Part shown: in pieces, positions 39,755 to 50,210 of the stretch
How the letters are laid out: each line of letters starts with the position of its first letter
How positions within the stretch are numbered: the stretch's first letter is position 1
Assembly: GCA_918797485.1 (NCBI GenBank)
Contig: CAKKNE010000004.1
Span: 3,534,001 to 3,598,000 of the forward strand
Length of the DNA: 64,000 nt
Source of the DNA: Pelagomonas calceolata
Taxonomy: Eukaryota
Direction of reading: 5' to 3'
The notes under the pieces: model-generated
The model's database searches: none
What the model was told of the DNA's origin: nothing
The model's input: the letters and a program-made list of their open reading frames with translations, nothing else
Made by a program: the position numbers and the translations under genes

Positions 39755-40297
39755 CTAGGAGTACGATACTATTATACATTGTCGTCGTGGCGGCTCGAGA
39801 ACGCGGACGTCCGCCGCGGCAAGTTGGCCCGCCGGTGTTTTTGCGTCCGCGTCTTGAAATTCGACTCCCGATACAACTGGTATATAGGTCGAGTAGAAGT
39901 GGGCCGTGGAACCGAAAGGCGTGCCGATCTTCATTCCCTGGAGATCCGCGGGCGAGACGATGCCGGGCCGCACGAGCAGCGCCTGGGACTCGCCCTTTAG
40001 GTGCGCGACGTAGAAGTTCCGTAACCTGACGCCTCGCGCGATCGCCGCGGCCGCGGGCGTCGAGCCCAGTAGACTAATTTCGAGGTCGCCGTCGTCGATC
40101 TTCGAGACGGCGCCGACGCCCGCGGACTGCGGCAGACATACGACCTCGATGTCAAGCTCGCCTTCGAACCAGCCGCGCGCGCATGCGACCTCGAACGGCT
40201 GCGCTTCTGTGAAATATCCCAGACGCACGACCTCGCGGGCGGTGGCCGCCGCCGCGAGCAGGAGGAGGGCGGCGGGCCATACGCCCCGCGCGCTCAT
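39755..40297 (-). pseudogene. Truncated TauA/SsuA-like periplasmic solute-binding protein with signal peptide
   Basis: VRLGYF...GDLEISLLGSTPAAAAIARG...ESQALLVRPGIVSPADLQGMKIGTPFGSTAHF. Similarity stops at about residue 135. Confidence 0.6.
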
Positions 40298-40584
40298 GGT
40301 TTTACCGCAGAGTGCGCAGAGCTTTTTCCTAATTTCGCACTGAGCCGCCGTTACTCGCTTAGGCGTCAGTCGTTCTTGAAAAGAGTATATAAGCCCGCGG
40401 CGTAGTAGTCAGGCGGCCAGGTAAAGCTACGTCGCGGCCTCATCTGCCAACTTGCGTATACGTCCCTGTCTATATACATGTAAGGTAGGTAAGGTAAGGA
40501 TATAAGGAAGTCCTTTGAGACGCTCCTCAGATGATTGGGGGGACATCCTTTATAGTCGCTCAGATAGATCGATAGGAACAAGCC

Positions 40585-41874
40585 TTACCCCACCCCCGCG
40601 CGCCGCCGCGCCGCCACGAACTGCTCCACCCAGGCCGCCGTCTTCGTCAGGTAAAACTCCGGCGACGGGTACGCCAGGTACGTAGTGACGCCCGGCCGCT
40701 CCGGCGTGAACGCCGCCGCCGCGGTTTCGATCTGCGTGCCCTCGTGCCACTCGTTGAAACTCGTGACCGCGACGCGCGCCGCGCCGCTCTCAAGCGCCGC
40801 GCGCCAGCTCCGGTCGTAGTAGGCGCCCGCCTCGCGGCCCCGCGAATTCGCGCCGTTCCACGGTCGCACGCGCAGGTCGTCGTAGCCCGGCGCGACGCAC
40901 GGGACGAAGAGGCCGCCCTTCGCCGACGCCCGTGCGACAAGCCCTTTCCAGCTCGACGGCGTCGAGGCTTGCGTGAAGCCGGTAGCGCCAAAATAGCTGT
41001 AGGCCCCGTCGAAGCCGCCCGCCCCACCCACGTAGTCGTCGACGTGCTTCGCCTCCAGCGCCAGCGCGATGAGGAACGCGCCGTCGTTCGCCGCGACCCG
41101 CGCCGCGCGCCAGTCGCGCGCGGCGAGCTGGTACGAGTCGTAGGCGAAGAACACGCACTTGCCGTCGATCTTGTGGTAGGCCTCGTGGGCGCCGTACGTT
41201 CGGACGGCGTAGGCCACGTCCTTCAGCTGCGCCGCCGCCGTGCGCCCCTCCCAGGGCTCCAGGTGGAGGCAGAGCTCCAGGCCGAAGCGCGCCGCCGCGG
41301 CCAGCAGCCTCTTCACCAAACCGTCGACCTCGGGGCCGTTCGCGTCGCGCTTGCCCGGCGGGTACCAGCTCACGACCGCCACGCCGACGTTCGCCTTCCG
41401 GAGCTGCGCGAAGTGCGCCTCAATAATTGAATCGTCGGCCGACGAGTAGGCGCCCAGCGCGGGGAAGAAGCTCGCGCCGACGTCGCGTTTTTCCGGGTCG
41501 TGGACGAAGGGCGGGTACTTGGCTCGGACCGCCGCGTCCCAGTGATCTAGATGCTTGTGGTTCCAGTGCGCCCAGAGGCCGTCCGTCGCGGGGTTCTGGT
41601 ACCAGGCGTAGTAGAAGGCGTAGACGCGCGGGTCCAGCTTTTTTTGTGTCGCCGCGGCGGTCGGCGCGTTTGTAGCAGCCGGTGCCGGCGGCGCGGCGGC
41701 TGGTGCGAACTCGGCCATCTGTGGTCGCAGCGCTTTACCGATGAGCACGCCGATTGCAAAGCAGGCCGCGACGTATGCGAGTGCTGGTATGCGTTTTGGC
41801 TCCTCACTGCTCCTCTTGCTGCTGCTCGATTTGTGGACTGGCAGCACTGGTGCCTTGGTGCGGCCGCGGTGCAT
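40585..41874 (-). CDS. MANEA: Glycoprotein endo-alpha-1,2-mannosidase (GH99), type II membrane protein
   Basis: AFYYAWY...WAHWNH, FFPALGAYSSAD, LHLEPWEGR, PGYDDLRVRPWN, VTSFNEWHEGTQIE. Confidence 0.93.
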   Translation of the reverse strand: MHRGRTKAPVLPVHKSSSSKRSSEEPKRIPALAYVAACFAIGVLIGKALRPQMAEFAPAAAPPAPAATNAPTAAATQKKLDPRVYAFYYAWYQNPATDGLWAHWNHKHLDHWDAAVRAKYPPFVHDPEKRDVGASFFPALGAYSSADDSIIEAHFAQLRKANVGVAVVSWYPPGKRDANGPEVDGLVKRLLAAAARFGLELCLHLEPWEGRTAAAQLKDVAYAVRTYGAHEAYHKIDGKCVFFAYDSYQLAARDWRAARVAANDGAFLIALALEAKHVDDYVGGAGGFDGAYSYFGATGFTQASTPSSWKGLVARASAKGGLFVPCVAPGYDDLRVRPWNGANSRGREAGAYYDRSWRAALESGAARVAVTSFNEWHEGTQIETAAAAFTPERPGVTTYLAYPSPEFYLTKTAAWVEQFVAARRRAGVG

Positions 41875-42000
41875 CTAGAGCGCTGCCAGCTGCACTCAGT
41901 TGGCTGCAAGCGTCGCGAAGGCAACTTGTATACAGCGCACCACTGAATCTACTGTATTTATTCGATCTATGCGACCCTTTTTGCTCGGCTGCCCGGCTAG

Positions 42001-42023
42001 CTAGTGTCTTACAAACCGCTAGC
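42001..42023. promoter_or_regulatory. Paired-CTAG upstream element
   Basis: CTAGTGTCTTACAAACCGCTAGC, 127 bp upstream of the GH99 ATG. Confidence 0.55.
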
Positions 42024-42084
42024 GACTCCTCCGCAAGGCGTATCAATCCTTCCGGTTAATATTACCACCCCCGATAACGAAACT

Positions 42085-43074
42085 CTACTGGTCCTTGGGG
42101 TCGTCGTCCTCGTCGTCCGATCGGACGTCCTCCGCGCGGCCCGTCGCCATCATGCGCACCGCGACCTTGATGATGAGGTAGAACCAGTAGCACTGGAGCC
42201 CGTACAACGTCCACAATAAGGCCACGCAGGTCCATTCCGGTAAACCTTTCGGGAAGTAGCGCGTCGCCTCGACGTGCGCGCTCCAGCAGACGTAGGGATA
42301 CATCGCGATGCGCGTTACGAGGAATACCAACGCAAACAACTCGAAGACGCGGTCGGCGCAGAACGTGCATCTTTGAGCTAATTTTTTGTCCCTGGATTCC
42401 CGCGCGTCGCTCACGTACTTGAACATCTTCGCGAGGTGTAGAGGGACATCGGCCGGATCCAACAAAAGCATGACGACGCAGCCCACGCGGTTCCATCCAT
42501 ATAGGTACGAAATGCCCACCACGGCAACAGTAACGGCGTGGTGCAGCAGCATCTCCACGAAGTCCTTCCTTTTTGGCTCCAATAGGACATTGACGAAGCC
42601 CGCGACGTATCGAGCCCCATACAGCAAGTAGTAACACCGCAGGTCATCGCGCATGACCTCGTGGCCCCCGTCCGCGAACCCGATCCACCAGTGCTTCGAG
42701 GGCCAGAACCACGGCTGCGACGGCACTATCACTAGACCTATTAACGCGAAGGAGCCGTAGACCAGCAGCTCCAAACAAGCCTGGGAGAACTTGACGACCA
42801 TCCTTCTTAAGGCCCTTGTCGGTCGTTTTGGCGTGGCTAATAAGAAATTCGCCAATGGCCGCGCTATTATGAGTCGCAGCGCCCAGTTCAGCGCGAGCTG
42901 CGCTGCAATAAATAAGACGAAGACGTAGCCGTCGAGTCGCGGCAAGGGCGCCCGCGCGCCTAATTCGGCCTCGTCGCGCGTGAACGACTTCAGGAGCAGC
43001 GCGGCCTCGTCGAGCGCCGCCGCCGGCGACGCCTCGGTCGGCGGCGCCTCGGCTGCACTAAACCAGGCGGACAT
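42085..43074 (-). CDS. Ceramide synthase (LAG1/TLC domain)
   Basis: KRKDFVEMLLHHAVT...LLDPADVPLHLAK Lag1p motif and multiple TM helices. Confidence 0.93.
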   Translation of the reverse strand: MSAWFSAAEAPPTEASPAAALDEAALLLKSFTRDEAELGARAPLPRLDGYVFVLFIAAQLALNWALRLIIARPLANFLLATPKRPTRALRRMVVKFSQACLELLVYGSFALIGLVIVPSQPWFWPSKHWWIGFADGGHEVMRDDLRCYYLLYGARYVAGFVNVLLEPKRKDFVEMLLHHAVTVAVVGISYLYGWNRVGCVVMLLLDPADVPLHLAKMFKYVSDARESRDKKLAQRCTFCADRVFELFALVFLVTRIAMYPYVCWSAHVEATRYFPKGLPEWTCVALLWTLYGLQCYWFYLIIKVAVRMMATGRAEDVRSDDEDDDPKDQ

Positions 43075-43224
43075 GGCTAGCTTGCGGCTGCAGCAGGCGC
43101 TGCGCAGGACTCACGCTGCAAAAACGCGTGGGAGGCGATCACTTGCGATGCCTAAGGGTGCAGTTTCGCGCGCGGTGACCTCTATCTCCCCTTAGATGCA
43201 CGGGTCGATGCTTGCTTGCCTAGC

Positions 43225-43345
43225 CTAGTGTCTTACACGCGCTAGCCCGGACAAGGCGTATTCGTCCGGTGAGGTCTCGGCCAAGCGCCCCCTCTCGGCC
43301 TCTCCGCTCGGCTGGCTACTCGATCCTAGCGCAGTAAGACACTAG
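43225..43345. promoter_or_regulatory. Two inverted paired-CTAG elements in a divergent promoter
   Basis: CTAGTGTCTTACACGCGCTAGC (43225-43246) and CCTAGCGCAGTAAGACACTAG (43325-43345), each about 150-160 bp from one ATG. Confidence 0.55.
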
Positions 43346-43505
43346 CAAGCCCAGGGCGCTTGGCTTGTGAGTTTAGCGGCGCGAAGGCTTTTGCCTCGTT
43401 GCGTGGGAGCACTGGCAGCCACAGCACACATCAGTCGAAGCGAGGAACAATTCGCAGCGGCGCTGAGCAGTCTCTGCAGGCACAGCTCCTGGAGCAAAGA
43501 CAAGG

Positions 43506-45668
43506 ATGAGTTACGCGTCGCCCCCGCCGTCGCCGCCGAAGAAGACCCTCCAAACGATGAACAGCCAGGACAGCGACTACCAGATCCAGCAGCCGAAGCC
43601 GCAGTCGCGCATCGTCCTCGCCGGGTCGCTGGAGGCGCGAAGCCGGGACGGGAAGAAGTGGAAGATGCGGCGCGTCGAATTACTGGGCAGCGGCGAGTTA
43701 CTACTAAGAGGGAAACGAAATGCGACGCGCTACCTGCTAGATGGGAGGTGTACTGTATCTACAGTAGAAGCCAAGGTCTCGGACAAAGGGATACATAGCT
43801 TCAGCGTGAGCTGGCCGGCCGGCGCCTACACGCCGACGCCCATCCCGAACCGCCTCCAGACAAAAAACAAAAAGATGGGCGAGTCGAGCGACTCCGAGGA
43901 CGAGGGAATCAAAATGAGGGAAATCGACGCCGAGCTCAGGCAGAAGAAGAAGCTCACGAAAAAACATAGAGCGGGCAAGGGCATGCTCGCGACGGCGGCG
44001 ACGGCGACGACCGTCGTTGCGGGCGGTGTCGTGATCGGCGTCGCGACGATGGGGATCGGCTTGGTGCCCTACGCCGTGGGCATCGCCGGTCTTGCTGGTG
44101 GTGGTGCTGCTTATTTAAAGTCGTCGGAGAAGGAGCTCCACTTGGAGCTTGGAAGTCGCGACAAGAAACTAGCTGATAGATGGCGTTCTTTAATAGATGA
44201 CATGGTCGCTAGAAGAGCCGCCGCTCTAGATCTGGCCGCGGGCGTCGACGCTCAGTCAACGATGGAGTCGTCACGTTTGGTAGCGCGGCCGGACCGCGCC
44301 ATCGTGCTCAGAAGGTCGCGCGCGGGCACCATGGCGACGTCGTCGTGCCGACGCGTCGTACGAGCGCCGCCTCTCCGATTGTTCGTGGCGTTATTGGGCG
44401 GCGAGCGGGGCTGCTGGGCGGCGCACCACGGCTGCATTCGGGAGGTGAGCCAATTAGCTGCGATAAATGACCGCTCGGACGTCGCCGTGCTCCAGATCGC
44501 GGGGCTGGCGCCGCCACAATTGCCGCTCGCGGAGTGGTTTTCGGTCTTGACGACGTCGCGGAGCGTCGGCGATTTTATCTACGCGCTGTGGGGTTTATGT
44601 GCCGCGCTCGCGAATCTGTTGGTGGCCGCCGCACGGCTCTACGCGCCGATTTTAGTAAGACCCTGCGTCTTCCTCGCTTCACTCACCGCGACGCGGCCGC
44701 GGGCGTGCGTCGTCGCGCGGACGTGGCGCGTCGACGACGACGGCGCGTTTTTGGTTCGGCTCGAGCCCGCGGCGGCGCCGCCGGGCGCTCATGTCAAGGG
44801 CATCCGGACCCAGCTCTGCGCTGTTTTAGCTGTGGCGCCGCACGCCGACGACCAGCTCAAGTCGGAGGGAGATGAAGAGTATGAGCCGGAGCGCGCGCTC
44901 GTGTCGGCGCGCGTCGCGCTGGTCGACGGCGGCGGCTGGCTCGCGCCGGGGCGGGGCTGGGTTCCCTCTTCGTTGAGAGCGGCGGCGCAGCGCCTCGTGG
45001 CCGACGCCGTCGCGTTGTCAGTGGGCGACCTCGCGGACGCGTGGGAGCACGACGTCGCTTCTATAAATGAACCGGAGGACGAGGACGCGTCTTTTGAAAG
45101 AGAGGCGCTGCGGGCGCGCGCGACGCCGCCTTCTGTGTCTCAGCGCAAAGTGTCCATCGGCGGCGAGCGCGCGCGGCTCGAGAAGATTGTGGTCGAGAAG
45201 CAGGGCGCCGAGCGGTCCTTGTCCTGTGTTTTTCTTCACCTTTGCCCGTTGGTCTCCCCTTACGCCGTCGAGGCGACGCCCTGACGTCTCTCCCGTCGCA
45301 GGCGCGCGGCCGTGCTGCAGCTCCAGCGTTTACTTAGAACCGCCGACGGCCTCACGACGGCGGCGTCCCTCGGGTCCTTCGACGACACGGAGGACGACGA
45401 CCTCGCGCTCGCCGAGCCCCAACCGCACGAGCGGCGGGCCCTCGCGGCCCTCGCGGCGGGCCTCTGGGCGCGCCACCCCGCGGCGCGGCGGCGCGCCGAC
45501 GCGCGCAGCGCGACGCGCGCCTCGACGTCGGGCGCCGACGACCGGCGCGCGTGGCGGCTCGTGCCCGTCGCGCAGGCGCCCCGCGGCGTCGGCGGCGACG
45601 ACGACTTCGTGGCGACGGTGCTCGGCGTCGCCGGCGTGTCGGCGGTGGCGTACTGGCTGGCTGGCTGA
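43506..45668 (+). CDS. Protein with split PH-like and START-like regions; 2 exons (43506-45214, 45302-45668)
   Basis: LAGSLEARSRDGKKWKMRRVEL...ADRWRSLI (PH-like) and RPRACVVARTWRVDDDGAFLV (START-like). Splicing gives GAERRAAVLQ in frame (691 aa). Confidence 0.65.
45215..45301 (+). other. 87-nt GT-AG intron, probable decayed introner
   Basis: Starts GTCCTTGTCCTGTG (TIR-like remnant about 8-9 nt after the donor). Contains CGCCGTCGAGGCGACGCC, a variant of the core. Confidence 0.7.
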
Positions 45669-45727
45669 TCGGTCTTCTTTTTTCCTCTCTAATGTGATTC
45701 TTCTCTTTGAAAAACGTACTGTGCTTT

Positions 45728-46635
45728 TACCCCACCAGTACGCCATCGACGCGATCCGCTCCCAAACCTGGGACCAACCCCGATTTTTTCAACCTCCAAA
45801 AAAAACACGTCGCGACGCGAACGCGCTACAGACGCCCCGCCAACGCAATATGATCCTCACAAATTGCGCCGCCTGCGCCGCCCCACTGGCCCACGACCAC
45901 AAGAAAAGGTGTAGTAGGTGCAAGACCAGATATTGCAATGAGGCCTGCCAGCGCCAGCACTGGGAAAGGGGCGGACATGAGGCGCTTTGTCGACGGATTA
46001 AGCGGGGCGGTGGCGCGGAACAATACCACGCCGACAAAAAATACAAGGAGGCAGTCGCTGAGGCCGTCGAGGCGTGCGCCGAGGACGTATCCTCGACACG
46101 CTGACCAATCTTGCGGGCACGTATCAAGTTGTTGGGCGGGTTGAAGAGGCCAACCGCATGCTACGAGATGTATACTCCGGGCGTTTGAAGCTCCATGGCA
46201 AAGAAGATAGAGATTCCATCAAAGCAGCCGGCAACTACGCGACGACGCTGGGCAACCTCAAGCGCTACGACGAAGTCAAATCATTGCTGCGCAAAACGAT
46301 ACCCGTGGCGCGGCGCGTTCTCGGAGAGAATGATGATCTTACGCTCACGATGAAAGCGATTTACACGTATGCGCTCTACACAGACCCCAGCGCCACGCTC
46401 GATGATCTCCGCGAGTCCGTGACGACGCTTGAGGAGACGACACGGACCGCCCGGCGCGTGCTCGGGGGTGCGCACCCGCAACTGAGGGTGTATGAGCGAT
46501 TCCTACGAAACGCGCGAGCCGCGCTCGCCGCCCGCGAGACGCCATCAGCGAATGCCTAAAGAACAAACAACAACAACACAAGCTTACGTCGCCTCGCGCG
46601 TATACTCCTACCCCACCAGCACGCCATCGACGCGA
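45728..46635 (+). repeat. 27-bp direct repeats flanking the MYND-TPR cassette
   Basis: TACCCCACCAGTACGCCATCGACGCGA (45728-45754) and TACCCCACCAGCACGCCATCGACGCGA (46609-46635), 26/27 identical. Confidence 0.9.
45850..46559 (+). pseudogene. MYND zinc finger + TPR (kinesin-light-chain-like) gene with a frameshift near 46087
   Basis: MILTNCAACAAPL...RCSRCKTRYCNEACQRQHW..GGHEALC in one frame (stop at 46104). TPR-like NLAGTYQVVGRVEEA...ARRVLG in another frame to 46559. Confidence 0.75.
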
Positions 46636-46683
46636 CGCCGTTAGTGGCGGAACTTGAGTCTTACACAGGGGGGAATCTATCTA

Positions 46684-48675
46684 CTACCGCGCGTCGTACG
46701 GGTCGTCCTTCGTACCCGTGCCCTTCCAGGCCTCAAGCTCCATCGCCCGCTGCGAGTAGAAGCCCTTCTTCTTCTTGATGCCCTCGCGCGTCGACCGGCG
46801 GAGCGGCCCCGTCCGTTCGACTTTAACTTTCTTCAGGCGCGGTTTCGTGGTCCGCGCCGCCGGGGCAGCATCGGCGTCGTCGTCGTCGGCGCCGGAGTCC
46901 CGAGCGCGCTTGCGCGACATTGATGCTACGACCGGTTTCGCCGCGGCGCCGCCCGCGGCGCGCCGGGGCGGCGGCTTGGCGCGCGGGCTCGTGGGTTTGT
47001 TCTTGGCCGCCTCGGCGGCCGCAGCTTTTGCGAGTGCTTCCTGGGCTTCTTCCGCTTTCCTGGCTTCTTCCTCTTCAGCAGCGCGCGCCGCTGCGTCGCG
47101 CTCGGCCGCCGCGGCGGCCTCCTGCTTCCGGCGCTCGTCGTCGGCCCGTTTCTGTCGTGCACTTTCCTCAATAGCTCTCGCCTTTTCTTCGGCCTCCCTC
47201 TTTTTCTTCTCTGAGGCCTCCTTCTTTCGCTGGGCGGCAATTTCGGCCTTCTTGCGCGCCGCCTCTTCGGCCGCCTCGCGGCGTTGCGCCTCTCTCTCCG
47301 CATTCAAGCGGGCCGCAGCCTCCCTCGCCTCGACTTCTTCCCGCGCGCGTCGTGCCGCGTGCTCCTGCTGCTCCCGGTCGCGTTGGGCGCGCAAGTCCGC
47401 TTCGGCGCGCTCCTCGGCTAGCTGTGCTTCCTCGAGGCGGGCCCTCTCTGCACGCTCCGCGGCAACTCTCTTCTCTTCTGCAGCGGCACGTTCGGCGGCG
47501 ACGCGTCGCTGCTCCTCCGCGGCCCGCGCCGCTGCGGCCTTACGCTCTCTTTCTTCGGCTTCTCGTTTCATGCGCTCCTTTATTTCTCTTGCCGCCTTCT
47601 CGCGGGCGAGACGCTCACGCTCGGCCTTCGCGGCTTGTTCCTCCGCGCGTTTCGCCGCGGCCGCCTGCTCCTCCGCGCGTTTCGCGGCGGCGACCCGTTC
47701 GCGCTCGATGCGTTCAGTTTCCTTGCGTTTTGCCTCCTCGGCAGCAGCTCTCTCCTGGGCAAGCTTCTTCGCCTTCGCCTCTGCTTCGACGCGTGCCCGC
47801 TCCTTGGCTGCTTCATCAGCACGTTTGCGCGCGGCGGCGGCCGCCGCCTCTTCCTCAGCGCGTCTTTTCGAGGCGAGCTCATCCGCCTTGCGTTTGGCCT
47901 CCGCGGCAGCTCTGGCTCGAGCTTCGGCCTCCTTTTTAGCTTTCGCGTCGGCCTCTTCTTTTAGTCGAGCCTTCTCGCGCGCCGCTGCCTCGGCCGCACG
48001 CTTCTTCGCGAGCGCTGCAGCAGCATCCTTCTCAGCCTTGAGCTTGGCCGCAGCGGCTGCTTTTTCACGCTGTTCTTTCGCGAGAGCCTCGGCTTTCAGC
48101 TTGGCCGCCGCGGCGTCGGCCGCCTGTTTCTTCGCCAAGGCCTCCTTCTCGCGCCGCTCGGCGTCCGCGCGAGCCTTGGCTTTTGCCGCGGCCAAAGCTT
48201 TTGCTTTTTCCTCCTCTTGTTTCTTCTTGGCGGCGGCGGCGAGCGCTTCCGCTTTCTTCGCCTCCGCGAGGCGTTTTGCTTCAGCATCGGCCTTGGCCTT
48301 GGCGAGAGCGGCATCTTTCTTCTTTTTGGCCTCGAGTTCCGCTGCTTTCTTCGCTGCCGCCGCGCGCGCGTCTGCGGCAGATTTGGCCTTCTGTGCCGCG
48401 ACGGCGTCGGCGCGGTCCTTTGCGGCCTTAGCGTCCGCTGCTTTTTTTGCTGCTGCAGCCTTCGCTGCCGCGGCCTGCTTCGCGGCGTCGGGGGCCGGCG
48501 GCGGCGGCGCGGTCACGACCTTACCTTTGAGAGGCTGCGGCGATGACGGCGACGCTGGCCCGACTTTGGCTTTCAGAGCGTCAAGAGCCGTCTTCTGTGA
48601 AGCGTTAAGGTTGCCCGCCGCCTCCCTCTTGATCAGGAAGTTGTACATGGCCTTCTCGGGGCCGGTGAGCGCCAT
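46684..48675 (-). CDS. Ala/Lys/Glu/Arg-rich long alpha-helical protein
   Basis: 663-aa ORF with complex N- and C-termini around a charged helical core. Confidence 0.75.
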   Translation of the reverse strand: MALTGPEKAMYNFLIKREAAGNLNASQKTALDALKAKVGPASPSSPQPLKGKVVTAPPPPAPDAAKQAAAAKAAAAKKAADAKAAKDRADAVAAQKAKSAADARAAAAKKAAELEAKKKKDAALAKAKADAEAKRLAEAKKAEALAAAAKKKQEEEKAKALAAAKAKARADAERREKEALAKKQAADAAAAKLKAEALAKEQREKAAAAAKLKAEKDAAAALAKKRAAEAAAREKARLKEEADAKAKKEAEARARAAAEAKRKADELASKRRAEEEAAAAAARKRADEAAKERARVEAEAKAKKLAQERAAAEEAKRKETERIERERVAAAKRAEEQAAAAKRAEEQAAKAERERLAREKAAREIKERMKREAEERERKAAAARAAEEQRRVAAERAAAEEKRVAAERAERARLEEAQLAEERAEADLRAQRDREQQEHAARRAREEVEAREAAARLNAEREAQRREAAEEAARKKAEIAAQRKKEASEKKKREAEEKARAIEESARQKRADDERRKQEAAAAAERDAAARAAEEEEARKAEEAQEALAKAAAAEAAKNKPTSPRAKPPPRRAAGGAAAKPVVASMSRKRARDSGADDDDADAAPAARTTKPRLKKVKVERTGPLRRSTREGIKKKKGFYSQRAMELEAWKGTGTKDDPYDAR

Positions 48676-48994
48676 GGCGAATTATTTGACTGCAGCGCTC
48701 CGAGAGGCACAACGCCACAACCCCGGCGCGGTGACGCTTGAACTTCGCGTAGCGCCCACAGAAGGTCCGGGCTACGTCCCACGCGTGCTCAAAGCCTGTG
48801 CAGCGTCAGGGGTGTCGCGCACGACGCTGAACAGATGCCGTCGATCGAGAGCGCTGTGCTTCGTACGGGGCTCTCCCAAAGCAGACCTCTTGGAAACGCC
48901 TCAAACAGCAACCAAGCAAGGCCCACGACTCCCCAGCACCGCTCAAGCCGCCGGGCAAGCGTAGGGCCCCCCAAAAAAAGTCACTTCACAAAAA

Positions 48995-49699
48995 CTAAAG
49001 CTCCCCCTCCTTCCTATCCCGCAGCTTGTACCACCGCTCCCCGTCCGGAAAAATCAACGACCCCGAGCCGTCGAACGTGTGGATGCCGTCCCAGCCGGCC
49101 ACGCCGCCGATCGGCCCAAAATCCATAAAAAAGCTCTCCGACGACTTGGGCCAGCCCCGGAAGGCCCCCACCAACTCGAAGAATTTCACACCATCGTCCG
49201 TGCCGACGACGGTCACGGACACGCCCTTGATTCTCCCGCTCCTTCTTGAAACGACCCTCAAACCCGCGAGGCCCCCGTCCCAATCCTCCGTCGCGTAGAC
49301 GCCGTCGAAGGGCTGGTCCCCCTCTACCTTCACAGCGGCGAAGCCCGCCTCCCGCCGCCGCCACTCGCCGCCGCCCTCCCACCGTAGCACGTCGCCGTCC
49401 CAGGTCGCCTTCCTCGACTCCGTACCATCAATGTGTGACCAGTCCAGGGCCAGCTCGCTCGTCCCGTCGTAGCTCCCGTGCGTCGTCCAGACCGTGCCGT
49501 CCGGCAGGACGCCCATCGCGTGCGCGCGGCCGTCGTCGTGCACGTAGACGGCCCGCGCGCTGGCGAGGGCGTCGCAGGTTTTGGATAACTTGCCGCAGGC
49601 CGACGCGTCGCTGAAGAGGCCCGTCGGTTGTTGGGCCGTCGCGCCGATGGCGTAGAGGAGCACGCCCCAGGTGGTGGGGCTGCCCATTCTCGTATGCAT
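48995..49699 (-). CDS. Signal-peptide protein with two related beta-rich repeats, function unknown
   Basis: Hydrophobic N-terminus. The two halves end in WEGGGEW and FPDGERW. Confidence 0.65.
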   Translation of the reverse strand: MHTRMGSPTTWGVLLYAIGATAQQPTGLFSDASACGKLSKTCDALASARAVYVHDDGRAHAMGVLPDGTVWTTHGSYDGTSELALDWSHIDGTESRKATWDGDVLRWEGGGEWRRREAGFAAVKVEGDQPFDGVYATEDWDGGLAGLRVVSRRSGRIKGVSVTVVGTDDGVKFFELVGAFRGWPKSSESFFMDFGPIGGVAGWDGIHTFDGSGSLIFPDGERWYKLRDRKEGEL

Positions 49700-50022
49700 G
49701 GTCTGGCGGGCTAGCCTTCTTAACCAAAAGGGCTGCCCAAACGATGCGGCGGGGTCTTCTAAATGTCCGGACTGAGCGCTGCGTGGCTGTGCGGTTCAAT
49801 TGCCGATTTGCACATCGCTTTCGGGGCTGAAAACTAGTGTGTGTGTATGCTAGGTAGCTGCCTCCCTTAAACTTCGCAAACTACGCGTACGCCGCCACAC
49901 TTGTCAAGCGTCGCGGGTAAACGCCACACACGAGACCTGGCCGCGGTGGTGGGCGCAAAAAATTGGACGTAACCGCATCACCAAGCGCCGTAGACAGTAC
50001 AGCATTGCTACCGCCTGATCAC

Positions 50023-50178
50023 ATGTCTTACGAGACCGCCCAGAAAGTGCAGCAGCAGCAACTCAAGGACCGCGTCGTGTACGCAGCGATCATAGTACTG
50101 GGCTTTGTAGCTTTGTATATCAATATCAAGCGCGCGGCCAACGAGCACGCGGCATGGGAAAAAGGAGAGCACAACTAA
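50023..50178 (+). CDS. Small single-pass membrane protein (51 aa)
   Basis: MSYETAQKVQQQQLKDRVVYAAIIVLGFVALYINIKRAANEHAAWEKGEHN, with one clean TM helix. Confidence 0.45.
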   Translation: MSYETAQKVQQQQLKDRVVYAAIIVLGFVALYINIKRAANEHAAWEKGEHN

Positions 50179-50210
50179 GCCTGCTCGCGCTGCCGATCGC
50201 CGCGCTACGG

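Noticed and set aside
40366..40581. 71-aa ORF in an AT-rich spacer with AAGGT repeats
   Set aside because: Non-ATG start and atypical composition; most likely intergenic.
43210..43350. Possible MITE formed by the two inverted CTAG motifs
   Set aside because: No TSD seen, and the same motif occurs singly upstream of many genes, which fits a divergent promoter better.
46087..46148. Possible 62-nt GT-AG intron that would repair the MYND-TPR frameshift
   Set aside because: The removed sequence itself encodes TPR-like residues (TNLAGTYQVVGRVEE) and lacks introner features. A deletion is more parsimonious, though RNA-seq is needed to exclude splicing.
46775..48964. 729-aa plus-strand Ala/Ser/Phe-rich ORF
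   Set aside because: Antisense mirror of the Ala/Lys/Glu-rich gene at 46684-48675.
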